A stretch of DNA of 32,000 nucleotides from NCBI RefSeq assembly GCF_042660085.1, contig NZ_JBHSTI010000008.1:720001-752000 (forward strand). The letters are read 5' to 3'. The stretch is from Longivirga aurantiaca. Lineage in GTDB: Bacteria; Actinomycetota; Actinomycetes; S36-B12; CAIYMF01. Under the pieces are notes generated by a model. That model made no database searches. It was not told the origin of the DNA and saw only the letters and a list, made by a program, of their open reading frames with translations. Made by a program: the position numbers and the translations under genes. Positions 29,612 through 32,000 of this stretch are shown piece after piece (within the stretch, counting starts at the first letter, position 1; every line of letters begins with the position of its first letter).

Positions 29612-31282
29612 ATGACGCTCAACCCGGCGGCCCACGCCGAGACGTACGGCCCGCGCAGCGGCGACCGCGTGCGCCTCGGCGACACCGGCCTCGTCGTGCA
29701 GGTGCAGGCGCACAGCCAGCCGGACGACGACGAGTTCCTCCTCGGCTTCGGCAAGACCGGGCGCGACGGCATCGGCCTGCGCGCGGTGACGACGGCCGAG
29801 TCGTGCGACGTCGTGATCACCAACGTCCTCGTGCTCGACGCGGTCCTCGGCATCCGGACGGCCAGCATCGGCATCCGCGACGGCCGCATCCTCGCCGTCG
29901 GGCGTGCCGGCAACCCGGACACCACCGACGACGTCGACGTCGTGGTCGGCACCGGCACGGTCGTCATCAACGGCGAGGGGCTCATCGCCACCGCCGGCGC
30001 GGTCGACACGCATGTGCACCTGCTCTCGCCGCGGGTGATGGAGGCGGCGCTCGCGAGCGGCGTCACGACCGTGATCGGCCAGGAGTTCGGCCCGTTCTGG
30101 GGCGTCGGCGTCAACGCTGCCGCGCCCCTGCGCACGGCGTACGCCGCCTTCGACGCGTACCCCATCAACGTCGGTCTGCTCGGCCGAGGCTCGGCCAGCC
30201 GCACCGGCACCATGCTCGAGGGCATCGAGGCCGGTGTCTGCGGCTTCAAGGTGCACGAGGACACCGGCGCGCACCTGCGCTCGCTCGACACCTGCCTCAC
30301 GGTGGCCGAGGAGCACGACGTGCAGGTGGCCGTGCACACCGACGGCCTCAACGAGGGCCTGTCCGTCGACGACACGCTCGCGGTGTCGGACGGCCGGGTC
30401 TTCCACGCGTACCACGTGGAGGGCTGCGGCGGCGGGCACACGCCCGACGTGCTGCGCCTCGCCGGCGTCCCGCACGTGCTCGCGTCGTCGACCAACCCCA
30501 CGCTGCCGTACGGCCGCGACGCGGTCGCCGAGCACTTCGCGATGATCATGACGGTGCACGCGCTCAAGCCCGACCTCCCGGGCGACGCCGACATCGTCCG
30601 CGCCCGCGTGCGCGCCGCAACGATGGCGGCGGAGAACGTGCTGCACGACCGCGGCGTCATCCCGATCACGAGCAGCGACGCCCAGGGCATGGGGCGGGCG
30701 GGCGAGACCGTGCGGCGCACCTTCCAGCTCGCGTCGGTGCTGAAGCCTGCGGACGACGACAGCCCGCACGACAACGACCGCGTGCTGCGCTACCTCGCGA
30801 AGCTCACGATCAACCCCGCTCTGGCGCACGGGCTCTCGCACGAGGTCGGCTCGCTGCAGCCGGGTCGGATGGCCGACATCGTGCTGTGGTCGCCCGCGAC
30901 GTTCGGCGCCAAGCCCTACCTGGTGCTGAAGTCGGGGCTGCCGGCCTGGGGCACGGTCGGCGACCCGAACTCGGTCATCGACATCGCCGAGCCTCGCCAG
31001 ATCGCCGCGCAGTTCGGCGGCATCGGCGGTGCCGCGGTCGACCTCGCCGTCGTCTTCACCAACCGCGCCGCGGTCGACTCCGGCAGCGACGTGTTCCCCA
31101 CCCGCCGTCGCCGCGTGGCCGTGCGGGGCTGCCGCGATGTCGGGCTCGGCTCGATGGTCGGGCACCGTGCGTCGGCGTCCGTCGTGGTGGACCCGCGCGG
31201 GGGAGAGGTGCACCTCGACGGCGAACGCCTCGCCATGGACCCCGTGCAGCAGGTGCCGCTCTCGCGGCTGTACTTCCTGTAG
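29612..31282 (+). CDS. ureC: Urease alpha subunit
   Basis: ATG at 29612 with GGAGGG 6 nt upstream. 556 aa. All canonical Ni-site residues are recognisable: DTHVH, GFKVHEDTG (carbamylated Lys), VAVHTD, HAYHVEGCGGGH, MTVHALK (catalytic His), SSDAQGMGR. C-terminus VPLSRLYFL. Confidence 0.93.
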   Translation: MTLNPAAHAETYGPRSGDRVRLGDTGLVVQVQAHSQPDDDEFLLGFGKTGRDGIGLRAVTTAESCDVVITNVLVLDAVLGIRTASIGIRDGRILAVGRAGNPDTTDDVDVVVGTGTVVINGEGLIATAGAVDTHVHLLSPRVMEAALASGVTTVIGQEFGPFWGVGVNAAAPLRTAYAAFDAYPINVGLLGRGSASRTGTMLEGIEAGVCGFKVHEDTGAHLRSLDTCLTVAEEHDVQVAVHTDGLNEGLSVDDTLAVSDGRVFHAYHVEGCGGGHTPDVLRLAGVPHVLASSTNPTLPYGRDAVAEHFAMIMTVHALKPDLPGDADIVRARVRAATMAAENVLHDRGVIPITSSDAQGMGRAGETVRRTFQLASVLKPADDDSPHDNDRVLRYLAKLTINPALAHGLSHEVGSLQPGRMADIVLWSPATFGAKPYLVLKSGLPAWGTVGDPNSVIDIAEPRQIAAQFGGIGGAAVDLAVVFTNRAAVDSGSDVFPTRRRRVAVRGCRDVGLGSMVGHRASASVVVDPRGGEVHLDGERLAMDPVQQVPLSRLYFL

Positions 31283-31912
31283 TCAGGCGGTGTGCGGCCC
31301 GATGCCGAGCGCACCGATCACAGTGCGCGTGAGCGTCTCGACGAACGCGTCGTCGACATCCTCCCCGCGCACGAGCATGCGGTGCAGCAGGGTGCCGGCG
31401 AGGACGTCGAAGAGCAGGTCGGCCTGGGTGTCGGCTGCCGCAGCGTCGATATCCCCGCGCTCGACGCCCATCGCGAGCCGCTCGGCGATCATCGTGCGGG
31501 CGGGCCCGAGCACCTGGACGTCGACCGCACGCCGCAGGTCGGCGTCGCGGCCGGTCTCGGCGAGCACCGCGAGGTAGGCGGCGCGGGCTGCCGGGAGCCG
31601 GTAGACGTCGGCGGTCGCGAGGATCGAGCGGCGCACCTGCTCCTCCGGCGCGCAGTCCGGGTCGATCGGCACCATCGCGGCCTCGACGAGCTGCGCCACC
31701 GCCGCCACCGCGAGGTCGGTGCGCGAGGAGAAGCGGCGGTAGACGGTCGTCTTGGCCACGCCTGCGCGGGCGGCGACGCCCTCGATCGTCAGCGCCGCCC
31801 AGCCGTGCTCGGCCAGGAGCTCGCGGGTGGCGTCGAGGATCGCGGCATCGGCCTCGGACGACCGCGGCCGACCGCGCGGCGGCGCGGTGGCGGGGGAGGG
31901 CGATGCGTTCAT
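31283..31912 (-). CDS. TetR/AcrR family transcriptional regulator
   Basis: 209 aa. N-terminal HTH ILDATRELLAEHGWAALTIEGVAARAGVAKTTVYRRF. Its stop codon (31283-31285) directly abuts the ureC stop (31280-31282). Confidence 0.9.
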   Translation of the reverse strand: MNASPSPATAPPRGRPRSSEADAAILDATRELLAEHGWAALTIEGVAARAGVAKTTVYRRFSSRTDLAVAAVAQLVEAAMVPIDPDCAPEEQVRRSILATADVYRLPAARAAYLAVLAETGRDADLRRAVDVQVLGPARTMIAERLAMGVERGDIDAAAADTQADLLFDVLAGTLLHRMLVRGEDVDDAFVETLTRTVIGALGIGPHTA

Positions 31913-31964
31913 CGGGCCGAGCCTCCCACGGACGTGCGGTCGCCGTTCAGGTGGACACAGCGAT

Positions 31965-32000
31965 GGTTTATAGATACGCTACGAAGCGTAGTGATAGTCC
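31965..32000. promoter_or_regulatory. AT-rich promoter/operator-like segment upstream of the TetR gene (truncated by window end)
   Basis: The local sequence GGTTTATAGATACGCTACGAAGCGTAGTGATAGTCC is unusually AT-rich for this genome. It contains the inverted repeat CTACG-AAG-CGTAG (31979-31991) and, on the minus strand, TATCTATAAA -10-like hexamers. Confidence 0.35.

Overview
Very high-GC (by eye over 70%) chromosomal window from an Actinomycetota genome. It is densely coding, and I found no tRNA, rRNA, CRISPR array, transposase or integrase. The 5' third is a complete F1Fo ATP synthase operon (atpB, 5'-truncated, then atpEFHAGDC) ending in a strong hairpin. Next come the backbone genes usually found beside it in actinobacteria: a PduO-type cob(I)alamin adenosyltransferase, murA and, further on, nucS/EndoMS. 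An upper ethylmalonyl-CoA/butyryl-CoA gene set is interleaved with this backbone: hbd, a single-chain B12 mutase of the Ecm/MeaA type, a tandem-duplicated 3-hydroxyacyl-CoA dehydrogenase, ccr, a methyl/ethylmalonyl-CoA epimerase, a thiolase and the G3E GTPase MeaB. Other content includes a histidine phosphatase, a universal stress protein, a tightly coupled ABC-2 exporter plus HisKA_3 kinase plus LuxR regulator operon, a hydrolase-SDR-hydrolase operon, and a conserved Cys/His-rich small protein. The 3' end carries a two-gene urease (fused gamma-beta ureAB plus ureC) with no adjacent ureDEFG, and a TetR regulator. I do not see a clear-cut novel multi-gene system such as a defence island. The least explained element is a secreted Vps62/DUF946-like domain fused to a polytopic membrane domain (13631-15508). 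The next candidates are the accessory-less urease beside MeaB, the conserved small protein near nucS, a 14-bp perfect palindrome at the epimerase/thiolase divergent start, and a repeated CGAACGG heptamer in the largest intergenic region. All family assignments come from motif recognition by eye; no searches were run. Many long ORFs in the six-frame track are antisense or out-of-frame artefacts of GC3 bias. Several track ORFs carry spurious 5' extensions, which I trimmed to internal starts.
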